Assembly: GCA_043727665.1 (NCBI GenBank)
Contig: JAYSYI010000468.1
Coordinates: forward strand, 1 to 33,034
DNA: 33,034 nt
Source of the DNA: Limnoglobus sp.
GTDB lineage: Bacteria; Planctomycetota; Planctomycetia; Gemmatales; Gemmataceae
Reading direction: 5' to 3'
In this document: in pieces, positions 1 through 9,568 of the stretch
How positions within the stretch are numbered: the first letter of the stretch is position 1
Layout of the letters: each line of letters opens with the position of its first letter
Position numbers and translations under genes: made by a program
Notes under the pieces: generated by a model
What the model saw: the letters and a program-made list of their open reading frames with translations, nothing else
What the model was told of the DNA's origin: nothing
Database searches by the model: none

Positions 1-1914
1 CAGCGTTACGAGTTTAAGGAAGCCGAGGATTTCGCGGAACTGGCGTTGAAGCGGAACCCGAAACTGGCGGAAGCGCTGCACCTCAAGTCCGATGTCGCGT
101 TTCGTGGTGGCGATTTCCCCGTCGCAGAAAAGACGCTGCTAACGGCGAAAGCAATCAACCCGCGCGACACCGTGGCACTCGGCAAACTGGCGGGGTGTTA
201 CCTCGTGCAAAAGAAACTCGCGGAGTACGACGCGATCGTCAAACAGGTCGAAAGTTACGACGCAAAACCGGGTGTGTTTTACTACGAACTCGCGGAGTAC
301 CTCGACGACCGCAAACTGTACACGAAGGCGGGGGAGTTCTTCCGCAAGGCTACCGAACTGCGGCCAAAACTGTCGGGGCCGAGTACGTCGCTGGGAATGC
401 TGCAACTGCGAATGGGGCAGGAAGCCGAGGGGCGGAAGATCCTCGATCAGGCGTTCAAAGCGGACCCCTTCAACGTCCGCGTTTCGAACATGCGGAAGGT
501 GATGGACCACATCGATAAATACGCGGTCATCAAGACCGCGCATTACGATGTCAAATACGATGCGAAGACCGACAAAATTCTCGCCGCATTCGTTGCGGAG
601 TATCTCGAAGAAATGCATACCGAGTTAAAAACGCAGTTCGAATACGAACCGACGGGCCGCATTCCGGTCGAGTTGTTTAGCCGCAAGGATATGTTCGCGG
701 GCCGCACGATTGGGCTGCCGGATCTGCACACGATCGGGGCGTGTACGGGCCGCGTGATCGTGATGGCGTCGCCACATGCGGTGGGCGTGCCGAAGCCGTT
801 CAACTGGGGCCGCGTCATGCGGCACGAACTCGTGCATATCTTCAACCTCACGCAGACGGACTTCCAGTGCCCGCACTGGCTGACCGAAGGCCTCGCCGTG
901 CGAAACGAGAATATGGAACGCCCCTTTCCCTGGATGGAAACGCTGAAGGAGCGGTTCGACGACGGCACGCTGTTCAACCTCGATACGGTGCTGATGGGTT
1001 TCGTGCGGCCTCGCAATCCATCGGAGTGGGGCCTCGCGTACTGCCAAAGTCAGATCTACGTCGAATACGCAGTTAAGACGCACGGCGAAAAAGCGGTCGC
1101 GAAACTCCTCGATTCTTACCGCCACGGCCACGACACCGCGAAGGCGATACAGACCGCGTGCGGTGTGTCCAAAACCGAATTTGAAAAAGGCTATCGCACG
1201 TACGTCGAACAACTCCTCAAGCCGTACCGTAACGGTGCTGAGAAGAAAAAACCCGACGAGAAGCCGCTAACCTACGATGAGTTGATCGAAGCCCAACGGA
1301 AAAGCCCCGAGGACATCGAACTGATGGCGAAGCTGTCCGAGGTATCGTTCGTTCGCGGGAAACTCGCCGATGCGCGGAAATTTGCCGATGCGGTTCTCGA
1401 AAAGAAGAAGGGCCATCCGACGGCATCGGTCGTGAAAGCGCGGTTGCTAGCCCGCTCGGGCGACGACGACGCGGGCCGTGAGATTCTCGAAGTCGCGCTG
1501 AAGGCACAACCCGACGATTTGCGGTTACTCGCCACCGTGGGGCGATATTACATCGAAGCAAAAGAGTTCGACAAAGCGGCGGAGGTGCTCGAAAAACGCC
1601 GCAAGCTCGCCCCGCTCGACGAAGAGTTACTTCAACAGTTATCGCGATTATACATCGCTACAAAAAACGACGAGAAACTGATCGACGTGCTAAAAGTAAT
1701 TGTCGCGCACGACCCCGACGAGTTCGATGCGCGAATCAAGTTGGCAAAGGCGAGCCTGACCATGAAGAAGTATGCCGATGCGGAGTTGTATGCCCGCGAC
1801 GCGATCCAGATCGACGTGTTGAACGAAGACGCCCGTGCCGTGTACCTCGAAGCGTTGAAGGCCGCCGGAAAGGCCGACGAAGCCGCTAAGTTGGCGAAGC
1901 GATTCGCCGACTAA
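1..1914 (+). CDS. TPR-repeat protein with central zinc metallopeptidase (Peptidase MA-like/gluzincin) domain; 5'-partial
   Basis: Frame is open from base 1 (QRYEFKEAEDFAELALKRNPK...). It has HELVH (HExxH) followed by WLTEGLA (third zinc ligand E), with TPR-like helical repeats on both sides. Confidence 0.8.
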   Translation, partial: QRYEFKEAEDFAELALKRNPKLAEALHLKSDVAFRGGDFPVAEKTLLTAKAINPRDTVALGKLAGCYLVQKKLAEYDAIVKQVESYDAKPGVFYYELAEYLDDRKLYTKAGEFFRKATELRPKLSGPSTSLGMLQLRMGQEAEGRKILDQAFKADPFNVRVSNMRKVMDHIDKYAVIKTAHYDVKYDAKTDKILAAFVAEYLEEMHTELKTQFEYEPTGRIPVELFSRKDMFAGRTIGLPDLHTIGACTGRVIVMASPHAVGVPKPFNWGRVMRHELVHIFNLTQTDFQCPHWLTEGLAVRNENMERPFPWMETLKERFDDGTLFNLDTVLMGFVRPRNPSEWGLAYCQSQIYVEYAVKTHGEKAVAKLLDSYRHGHDTAKAIQTACGVSKTEFEKGYRTYVEQLLKPYRNGAEKKKPDEKPLTYDELIEAQRKSPEDIELMAKLSEVSFVRGKLADARKFADAVLEKKKGHPTASVVKARLLARSGDDDAGREILEVALKAQPDDLRLLATVGRYYIEAKEFDKAAEVLEKRRKLAPLDEELLQQLSRLYIATKNDEKLIDVLKVIVAHDPDEFDARIKLAKASLTMKKYADAELYARDAIQIDVLNEDARAVYLEALKAAGKADEAAKLAKRFAD

Positions 1915-1976
1915 GATTCGGAAATGGCCGCGATGTTCAACCGGTGCTAGAATCTCTTACATCGAGAATATTGTCA

Positions 1977-2276
1977 ATGACGCTCGAGCAATTACAGTCG
2001 CGGATTCGCGAACTCTACGGCGAGAAAGATGCGCGGCGTGGCGTCGAAGGTACGTTCATGTGGTTCATGGAAGAAGTTGGCGAACTGTCTGCGGCATTGC
2101 GGGGCGGCACCCACGAAGAACGCGTGCTCGAATTTGCCGACGTATTGGCGTGGCTGGCTACGCTCGCCAACAATGCGGGTGTCGTTCTCGATGAGGCCAT
2201 CGCCCGCAAGTATGGCACCGGCTGCCCCGGTTGCCAACACACGCCGTGCGACTGCCCGACGATGGACAAGCCCTAA
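1977..2276 (+). CDS. MazG-like nucleotide pyrophosphohydrolase with C-terminal Cys cluster
   Basis: EEVGEL...EFADVLAW MazG acidic motifs; tail CPGCQHTPCDCP; ATG at 1977. Confidence 0.85.
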   Translation: MTLEQLQSRIRELYGEKDARRGVEGTFMWFMEEVGELSAALRGGTHEERVLEFADVLAWLATLANNAGVVLDEAIARKYGTGCPGCQHTPCDCPTMDKP

Positions 2277-2301
2277 TTTTCACCGGTTGACAGGGGATCT
2301 C

Positions 2302-4758
2302 ATGCGGAATCTGCGGTTCGTTATCGCTCTCGTCTCGCTGGTTTTCCTGTCGTATCCCGTCGTCGCGCAATCGTACACGATCAAAGTGACCGCCGCGAAA
2401 GTCGGCCTGCCTGCCGGGCGTTTCACGTCCGAATCCGACGATGCCGGCCAGGGTTCGTACATCGCCAAGAGCAACATGTGGACGCCGGTTTACGTGCAAC
2501 TCGAAGTGATGCGCGAAGAAAAACGCTCGCTCGCGATTGTCGTCGAAACCTCGGACCCCGACGACCTCGGAGCCGCGTATGCGGTGGCGTTGCAGAACCT
2601 GTCGGATCGGTTGCCAGGCACGAAAATCGAACCGACCGAGTTGAGCTACCTGCCGTACATTCGCACGAATGGCCGTAGCGAACTGACGGTGTCCGTTCGC
2701 GAAATCGGCAAGGGAAACCCCGCCGAATGGCGTCAAGTTTCCGAGCCGTTGCGTTCGAACTACATTCGTAGCCGCGACACGTCGCACTACGTCGTGCTGT
2801 CGCTCGGTACGAATCTCGCCGGTTTCACGCTGCCAAAGGAAGAAGTCGAAGACGCGAATCCGGGTACGACTCGCAAGGGACTACGCGGTGGTCGCATCGA
2901 GACGGCCGCGATTACCGATGTCGCGATGATGCCCGATCAGTGGTTCGGCTACGACTCCGCCGACCTCGTCGTGCTGACGACGGGCGCAGCGGACGTGAAC
3001 AACTTCCTCACGCCACTGTTTACCTCGCCGACGCATCGCCACCGCCTCGAAGCATTATTGGAGTGGGTTCGTCGGGGCGGGCGGCTCGTCGTCAGCGTTG
3101 GCTCGAATGTGGCCATCGTCAAGGAATACCCGCTGTTGCAAGAGTTGTTGCCCGTTGAAATCCGTCGCGATAATCCCTCGGAGCCGGTGAAGGAACTGAC
3201 GCTCGAATGGGCGCTTCCTGGCACGAACAAACGGTTGTTGCCGTTGGTGACGAAGCAGGGGACGACGTTCCCCGTGTGCAACTTCACGCCGAAACCCGAC
3301 CGGGGTTTCCGCCAGATGATCCCGCCATCCGACGACGAAACGGGAACCAAACGCGCAATGGTGCAAGGCGCGTATGGTATGGGCCGCGTCACACTCGTCG
3401 GCTTCGACCTCGACCGTTCGCCGTTCGCCGATTACGCGGGCCGTGCCGACTTTTGGGATCTGTTATTGCGTGAAGCCGGTTCGCCGCGAGCCTCACTCGG
3501 TAACGGCATCAAGACCAACGCGAATTACAACAACCGCTACGATTCGGAAGATGAATTCGCGAATCGCCTACGGTCGCACATCGACACGTTCGCAGGTGTG
3601 CCAGTCATTTCGTTCGGCTGGGTGGCACTGTTTATCGTGCTGTATACGCTGCTGATCGGGCCGATCGAATACTTCATTCTGAAGAAGGTGTTCAAACGCC
3701 TGGAACTGACGTGGATCACGTTTCCGATCATCGTGCTAACGGTAAGCACAATCGCGTACTTCACCGCGTATGCCTTGAAAGGCAGCGATTTGAAGGTGAA
3801 CAAGATCGACCTCATCGACATCGATACTAGCACGAATCGCGTCTATGGCCGGACGTGGTTCACGATCTTCAGCCCGCGCCGCGAAGATTACCGCATCGGC
3901 ATCGAGCCGAGCGATGGCTGGGTGAACAAGGCCAGCGAACAACCGGGAGCCGGTGCCCTGATCGACTGGGTCGGCGGGACGCGTTCGGGGAAATCGAGTT
4001 TCTTCCGCCGTTCGTATTACTACCAGATCGATACGCCGGGAAGCACCAACCGCGTGCCGTTCGGCGATGGCATCGTCGATGTGCCGATCCAGGTTTGGTC
4101 GACTAAGGCGTTCGCCGCCGACTGGTCTGCACCAATCGAGAAAGCCAATCCGCTGATCGTCTCGGACCTCATTCACCCGCCGTCGGATAAAACCACCATC
4201 TCCGGGTCGTTCGTCGCGAATCTGCCATTCAAGGAAATCCGCGATGTGTACCTGATCTACGCGGGCAAGGCGTACAAGTACGACAACCCGATCACGCCGG
4301 GCACGAAGGTCAACGTCGTACTCATCGGCAAGGACGATCCCGATTGGTTGACCGCGATTGATGTCGTCGCCGGCGTGAGTACACTCGCCACTAAGAAGGC
4401 GAACACGCCTGGCACCGTCACGGGGAATCCGCAACTCTTCCGTGTGATGTTTCACGATGAAATCCAGAAAACCAACGATGGCGTGTCACCCGAAAACGCG
4501 ACGCTACGGCGGATCGATCAATCGTGGCGGCTATCGGATCAGCACCGCGACGAACTCATCCTCGTCGGCAAACTCGCACCGACCCGCGAAGCCTCTGCCG
4601 AGGCGATGTTCACCGAAACGAACTCGTCTTCGCCGACGAAACTCTGGTTGAAAGATCTGCCTGGCAAGGCCAACGCGCGACTCCCGCAACAAGGCACGCT
4701 GCAACAAGAAACCTACGTTCGAGCCTACATCCCGATCCGGCCAAACACCCGCAAATAA
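2302..4758 (+). CDS. Large secreted/membrane protein (signal peptide, GATase1-like domain, 2 TM helices), ABC-ATPase-associated
   Basis: ATG 2302 preceded by AGGGG; signal peptide MRNLRFVIALVSLVFLSYPVVAQ; segment 'GYDSADLVVL...LLEWVRRGGRLVVSVG...GMGRVTLVGFD' resembles the GATase1-like fold; TM pair 'FGWVALFIVLYTLLIGPIEYF' / 'TWITFPIIVLTVSTIAYF'. Confidence 0.7.
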   Translation: MRNLRFVIALVSLVFLSYPVVAQSYTIKVTAAKVGLPAGRFTSESDDAGQGSYIAKSNMWTPVYVQLEVMREEKRSLAIVVETSDPDDLGAAYAVALQNLSDRLPGTKIEPTELSYLPYIRTNGRSELTVSVREIGKGNPAEWRQVSEPLRSNYIRSRDTSHYVVLSLGTNLAGFTLPKEEVEDANPGTTRKGLRGGRIETAAITDVAMMPDQWFGYDSADLVVLTTGAADVNNFLTPLFTSPTHRHRLEALLEWVRRGGRLVVSVGSNVAIVKEYPLLQELLPVEIRRDNPSEPVKELTLEWALPGTNKRLLPLVTKQGTTFPVCNFTPKPDRGFRQMIPPSDDETGTKRAMVQGAYGMGRVTLVGFDLDRSPFADYAGRADFWDLLLREAGSPRASLGNGIKTNANYNNRYDSEDEFANRLRSHIDTFAGVPVISFGWVALFIVLYTLLIGPIEYFILKKVFKRLELTWITFPIIVLTVSTIAYFTAYALKGSDLKVNKIDLIDIDTSTNRVYGRTWFTIFSPRREDYRIGIEPSDGWVNKASEQPGAGALIDWVGGTRSGKSSFFRRSYYYQIDTPGSTNRVPFGDGIVDVPIQVWSTKAFAADWSAPIEKANPLIVSDLIHPPSDKTTISGSFVANLPFKEIRDVYLIYAGKAYKYDNPITPGTKVNVVLIGKDDPDWLTAIDVVAGVSTLATKKANTPGTVTGNPQLFRVMFHDEIQKTNDGVSPENATLRRIDQSWRLSDQHRDELILVGKLAPTREASAEAMFTETNSSSPTKLWLKDLPGKANARLPQQGTLQQETYVRAYIPIRPNTRK

Positions 4759-4783
4759 CTAACTATTCCTCGTTGAGAACGAC

Positions 4784-5719
4784 ATGATCGAGACACGCGA
4801 CCTGACGAAAAAGTATGGCGACCTTTTCGCCCTCGACCGCCTGACGCTGAAGCTCGACAAGGGCGATGTCTTCGGTTTCATCGGGCCGAACGGCGCGGGG
4901 AAAACGACAACGATGCGAATCCTCGCTACGCTGCTGAACCCCAGTTGGGGCGAAGCCAGCGTGTGCGGATATTCGATCTACACCGGCTCGAAAGACATCC
5001 GGCGTGCCATCGGCTACATGCCGGATTTCTTCGGCGTCTACGACGATATGAAGGTGATCGAGTACCTCGAATTCTTCGCGGCGGCGTACCGCATCAAAGG
5101 CCCTGAACGACGCAAGAAGTGCGATCAGGTGCTCGACCTCGTCGACCTCGGCTACAAGCGCGACGCACTCGTCACGAGCCTTTCACGGGGAATGACGCAA
5201 CGCCTCGGGTTGGCGCGTGTATTGCTCCACGAACCGCAGGTTCTGCTTTTGGATGAACCCGCCAGCGGCCTCGACCCGCGTGCGCGTATCGAGATGCGCG
5301 AATTGATCAAAGAGCTTCGCGGCATGAACAAAACGATCATGGTGTCGTCGCACATTCTGCCCGAACTCGCGGACATCTGTAATAAAATCGGCATCATCGA
5401 ACGCGGTAAGTTGCTCTTCAACGACGATGTCAACTCTGCAATCCGGCAAGTTCGCCAGAAGCACATCTACAACGTCTCGGTCGGCAAAGAACAGAACGAG
5501 CTCGCCGCGAAGAAGATTCAAACGTACGCCGAAATTGAGGCCGTCGAACTGACTGGCGAGGGCAATACGATCAAAGTGACGCTGAAAGACGCACACGACG
5601 ACGGCTGTTTCCTCCCCGAGCGACTCATCGCCGAGGGGTTCAAACTGCGTGCCTTCCAGGAAGAAGAAATCAACCTCGAAGACGTCTTCATGCGGATCAC
5701 GAAAGGCATCACGAACTAA
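4784..5719 (+). CDS. ABC transporter ATP-binding protein (ABC-2/CcmA-like)
   Basis: Walker A GPNGAGKTT, signature LSRGM, Walker B LLLDEP, H-loop SSH. Confidence 0.95.
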   Translation: MIETRDLTKKYGDLFALDRLTLKLDKGDVFGFIGPNGAGKTTTMRILATLLNPSWGEASVCGYSIYTGSKDIRRAIGYMPDFFGVYDDMKVIEYLEFFAAAYRIKGPERRKKCDQVLDLVDLGYKRDALVTSLSRGMTQRLGLARVLLHEPQVLLLDEPASGLDPRARIEMRELIKELRGMNKTIMVSSHILPELADICNKIGIIERGKLLFNDDVNSAIRQVRQKHIYNVSVGKEQNELAAKKIQTYAEIEAVELTGEGNTIKVTLKDAHDDGCFLPERLIAEGFKLRAFQEEEINLEDVFMRITKGITN

Positions 5720-5720
5720 C

Positions 5721-6719
5721 ATGGCAGGGCGCATCAACTGCAACAGTTGCGGGGGGAAGGTCGTCGTACCGGATGGGCACTCGCGTGCCAAAATCCGCTG
5801 CAACCATTGCGGTTACTACGCCGAAGTGCCGCTCGATCAGCGTTCGACATTGGATGAAGACGGCGCACCTGTGGCACCCGCCGAAGTGGCCATCGCAACA
5901 ACCGAAACTTCGACCAAGAAAAAGAAGAAGGTCAAACGGGCGGCCGATCCGCGCGACAATCGACCGCAGTTCGACGACGAAGAGCCGACTGGGCCGTACC
6001 TGCTCGAAGGCACGCAAGATGAGGACGACGACAAGCCATATGCCGTGCCCGGCGACGGCACGAAACTGTGCCCCGATTGCCGCGTGAAACTGCCGCTCGA
6101 CGCGAAGCAGTGCGTTCATTGTGGCATCGATCTCTTTACGAAAAAGAAGCCGAAGAAATCGTACGAGCCGATCGAGAAAGAATGGGAGCCACGCTTCCCC
6201 TTACTCCTACGTTTGAAGGTCATCGCCGCGTTGCAACTCGTGAACGTGCTCGTGGCACTTTATCTGAATAGCGGCACGCATTCGCCGTTCTTTGCGTTCG
6301 TGTCGCTACTCATTCAAGGGGGAATGCAGGCGTTCCTCGTCGGCACGTTTCAGATGATCGGCGTCAAACGAACCGCCGAGGGGCAGGTCACAATCACAAA
6401 GACCTGGCGGATCGCGTTCCTCCGGCTCAATAGCGCGCCAGTGGCTTGGAAGAAGAGCCACGGTATGGGTATCATCCCGACGTACAATCCGGGTTTGCTC
6501 GAGTGGTTCACGCTCGTTTACCTACTGCTACTCTTCCTCATCCCCGGCATTCTGTTTTACTGGTTCATCATCCGCCCCGAACGCTTCGAAGTCGTGCTTT
6601 GCGACATGTACGGCAGCACCGACGCCATCCTGTTTCGCACCACGAATCGCGACGAAGCCGACGACGTCTGTAACGTCATCAGCAACTGCTCGGGCTTGAT
6701 GTACAAAACGGTGGTTTGA
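5721..6719 (+). CDS. Zinc-ribbon-containing membrane protein (hypothetical)
   Basis: ATG 1 nt after the ABC stop; CNSC..CNHC and CPDC..CVHC pairs; acidic/Lys-rich linker; three hydrophobic segments in the C-terminal half. Confidence 0.7.
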   Translation: MAGRINCNSCGGKVVVPDGHSRAKIRCNHCGYYAEVPLDQRSTLDEDGAPVAPAEVAIATTETSTKKKKKVKRAADPRDNRPQFDDEEPTGPYLLEGTQDEDDDKPYAVPGDGTKLCPDCRVKLPLDAKQCVHCGIDLFTKKKPKKSYEPIEKEWEPRFPLLLRLKVIAALQLVNVLVALYLNSGTHSPFFAFVSLLIQGGMQAFLVGTFQMIGVKRTAEGQVTITKTWRIAFLRLNSAPVAWKKSHGMGIIPTYNPGLLEWFTLVYLLLLFLIPGILFYWFIIRPERFEVVLCDMYGSTDAILFRTTNRDEADDVCNVISNCSGLMYKTVV

Positions 6720-6969
6720 GTCGTTCGATGAACTAACCACTCACAACTCTTAACTACTCATCGCTGAGCGACCTGGAGAGCATCTTCCTCGAAGACTTGC
6801 TGCTGGGCTTCACGCTATACGTCGCGGAACTTTTCTCGTAGATCCACGCGGCGAAACGAGTTCCGAATTCGCATCGCCCACTCGAAAACCAAAAGTCAAA
6901 AGGTATTAACTGATTTGACGTAAGTCGGAATTCGCGACGCGTACGAACGTACGCAAAAGTGTCTCGAAA

Positions 6970-7008
6970 TGACATAGAAAAGGCGCGCCGTGACATAGAA
7001 AAGGCGCG
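6970..7008. repeat. Perfect 18-bp direct repeat TGACATAGAAAAGGCGCG x2 (21-bp period)
   Basis: Copies at 6970-6987 and 6991-7008 in intergenic DNA. Confidence 0.9.
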
Positions 7009-7281
7009 TCAGGTCGATATTTGGTCGCTTTTTGTCGCGTTTAGGTCTCTAATTGAGACGAGTTGCGACACGATGACAATCGACACAAACCACGACAGGA
7101 CTTCAGGATAAGGCAAAAGACCCCGAAACGTATCGGCGATAACCGATCAAAATAGGGGCTTATTGAGACGAAAAAACACGAAAAACACGGTTCTAGAACT
7201 TTTGCAATTTGGACTTACGTCGATTCTGAGAGGCGATATTTGCGACTTTTCAACAAATGGATCACCGTGGCAGCGGCTCTT

Positions 7282-8460
7282 TCACAGTTGCAATTCGCCG
7301 CCGAAGAAATCGCTTTTCATTCCCGTTACGGTCATGAGCATTTGCCGTTTGACGTAAGGTATTTTCGGCAACAGCGGCAACGCAATATCTCGCCCCCACG
7401 CCAGAATCGGCCAATCGGACTGAAAGAACGGCGAGAGCGCGAACGTCAGCAACGCATAATATCGCAAGTACGCCCGCTGCTTGTGCCGGAACGCGGTGAA
7501 TGCCGCGTGGGGCGTTCGCGCTTCGCATAAACACACGGAGAATCGATACGCATCGACGAGAGCGAGGTTCATTCCTTGGCCGAGGTGCGGACTCATGCCG
7601 TGTGCGGCATCACCCAGAAACAGCGTCGTGCGGTCGAACCAGCGCGGCATCCAAACGTGCCGGTACGACGTGTAATGCAACTGCTGCATGTCCGTGATGA
7701 ATTCGAGTACCGGCTCCGATTCGGGTGCAAACGAGAGGATTTCTTGCTTCAACGCCTTCAGGCCGCGTTTCTGCAACGCCGGGTAATCGCGTTCGGGTAG
7801 ACCCCAGTACATCGTGCAAAGGCCGTCGCCCATCGGCATCAGGCCGAACAATTGCCGGTTCCCGCGCACGACTTGCAACAACCGCCCCGGCACCTTCAGC
7901 GGCGCGATAAACCAGAGCGTGCCATGCGCGTATTTCCAGGTATGGGCACGCATCCCGCAGGCTTCCCGCATCCGCGATCGCGAACCGTCGGCGACGAGCA
8001 AGAAGTCGAACGGGCCATGACGGCGCTGGCACGAATCGCGAATCCAAACGCCCCGCGCATCGATCTCGCGCGCCTCTGAAACGCAACCCGTGGCAATCTG
8101 AACGCCGTGTTTCCCCAGTTCGGCATGAAGTGCGGAAAACAGCATCCCGCGATGCACGCCATAGGCGCAGCATTCGGGGCCGTAGTCGGCATATCGCGTT
8201 CGAATGAGCGTGGAGCCGGAGAGTTGCCGCGCGTACAGTTCTTCGAGTGGGGCCGCATGTTGTAAGACGTGCTCGCGGAGGCCAAGGTGCTGGAGAATCG
8301 TCTGCCCGGACTTCTGCAAAAGGATACCCGCACCCGCCGCACCGAGAACGGAAGCCTGCTCGACGATGGTGACATCGTGGCCATCGCGAGCCAGAAACAA
8401 CGCCGAAGCCGCCCCTGCGACACCACAACCGACGATCCCGATACGATATTTGTGGGACAT
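7282..8460 (-). CDS. FAD-dependent monooxygenase (UbiH/aromatic hydroxylase family)
   Basis: GCGVAG Rossmann motif, ADGSRS (DG motif), GDAAHGMSPHLGQGMN (GD motif); likely start MSHKYRIG at 8460. Confidence 0.9.
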   Translation of the reverse strand: MSHKYRIGIVGCGVAGAASALFLARDGHDVTIVEQASVLGAAGAGILLQKSGQTILQHLGLREHVLQHAAPLEELYARQLSGSTLIRTRYADYGPECCAYGVHRGMLFSALHAELGKHGVQIATGCVSEAREIDARGVWIRDSCQRRHGPFDFLLVADGSRSRMREACGMRAHTWKYAHGTLWFIAPLKVPGRLLQVVRGNRQLFGLMPMGDGLCTMYWGLPERDYPALQKRGLKALKQEILSFAPESEPVLEFITDMQQLHYTSYRHVWMPRWFDRTTLFLGDAAHGMSPHLGQGMNLALVDAYRFSVCLCEARTPHAAFTAFRHKQRAYLRYYALLTFALSPFFQSDWPILAWGRDIALPLLPKIPYVKRQMLMTVTGMKSDFFGGELQL

Positions 8461-8974
8461 CGGTTGCACTTTGGGGCACGGGTACCAATCGCGGCGGGTT
8501 TGGTCGGCAGGAAAGTGAGTCCAGCCATTACCCACCCACACATCCGTGGACTCATTCCCGAATTTCGGAACCAACGTAACCCACCAACGACTTACGTCCG
8601 ATTTTGAACGATTCGATTCACGCCAGAACCACTTTTCCGCGGTTGTTTTTCGGCAAAACGTCAACCTCGTTTCAAACCCAAATATCGACTCCGCTGTCGA
8701 GGTTTTCTTGGGGCGGAGTAAATTCGTTCGTGGACATAATCATCGTATGCTTTCTTACGTTTGGTTTTGACACTTTCAACCATGTTTGCACGTCCACTCG
8801 CGTTCGGCACTTTCCACATCGCGGCTTTGATCGATTTGTCATTCTCGAAGGATATGGCCGCCGTGCTGCGTAGCCGTTCCACGATAGACATTTCCGTTAC
8901 CCTACGTTACATTACGTGCTCGTGAAGGCAGAGATTACCCACCGATCCTACGATACCGAGGACGAAGCACACCG

Positions 8975-9472
8975 ATGCCTGTCATTGAACTCGTCACTTC
9001 GATTCATGCCCCGATTGAACGCGTGTTCGATTTGGCTCGCAGTATCGACTTGCACATGCAATCGACATCACGTACCGGCGAACGTGCAGTGGCTGGCGTC
9101 ACTTCGGGTTTGATCGGCCTCAACGAAGAAGTCACTTGGACAGCAAGGCATTTCGGCGTTTGGCAGTCACTCACGGTTCGCATCACAGCTTTCGAACGCC
9201 CAACGCACTTCACCGACGTGATGCTGCGCGGTGCCTTTCGCAGCATGGATCACCATCATGATTTCGAGCGGGCTGGCAGTGGCACCATAATTATGCGCGA
9301 TCGGTTCCGCTTCCAGTCGCCGCTCGGAATTCTCGGTCACCTCGTCGATTTTCTCGTCCTCACACGCCACATGAAATCGCTTTTGATCGAGCGGAACCGA
9401 GTCATCAAAACGATTGCCGAATCTGATGACTGGGAGAAATATTTGCCACACGGCTCTCAACAAACACTTTGA
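8975..9472 (+). CDS. SRPBCC/START-like ligand-binding family protein
   Basis: MPVIELVTSIHAPIERVFDLARSIDLH...VTWTARHFGVWQSLT..FTDVMLRGAF; GAGGA RBS upstream. Confidence 0.85.
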   Translation: MPVIELVTSIHAPIERVFDLARSIDLHMQSTSRTGERAVAGVTSGLIGLNEEVTWTARHFGVWQSLTVRITAFERPTHFTDVMLRGAFRSMDHHHDFERAGSGTIIMRDRFRFQSPLGILGHLVDFLVLTRHMKSLLIERNRVIKTIAESDDWEKYLPHGSQQTL

Positions 9473-9568
9473 ATCGTTTAACCCTTTCTAGTGCCAGGCG
9501 GGAGCGTAACCGTAGTTTGAGTGTGTGACGGATGCCATCCCGATGCTCTCAATCATCGAGAACAGCTT

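Noticed and set aside
1977-2276. MazG as part of an anti-phage or toxin-antitoxin system
   Set aside because: No toxin, nuclease or other defence genes adjacent; the context fits a housekeeping nucleotide-sanitising role.
6758-6874. Minus-strand frame MRIRNSFRRVDLREKFRDV*REAQQQVFEEDALQVAQR with an internal TAG
   Set aside because: Very short, no recognisable family or RBS; cannot be distinguished from chance, so not called as readthrough or pseudogene.
6970-7008. Possible mini CRISPR array
   Set aside because: Only two 18-bp copies with a 3-bp gap; no spacers and no cas genes.
7168-7190. Short tandem ACGAAAAAACACGAAAAACACGG and a similar CACGAACGACGAACACGAAA near 10659
   Set aside because: Low complexity, two units only, with no complementary arm found.
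8528-8891. Minus-strand short ORFs and a frame with three in-frame TGAs in the intergenic region, plus the 68-codon N-terminal extension of the monooxygenase ORF
   Set aside because: No recognisable motifs; TGA is used as a normal stop elsewhere in the window; the Rossmann motif places the true start at 8460.
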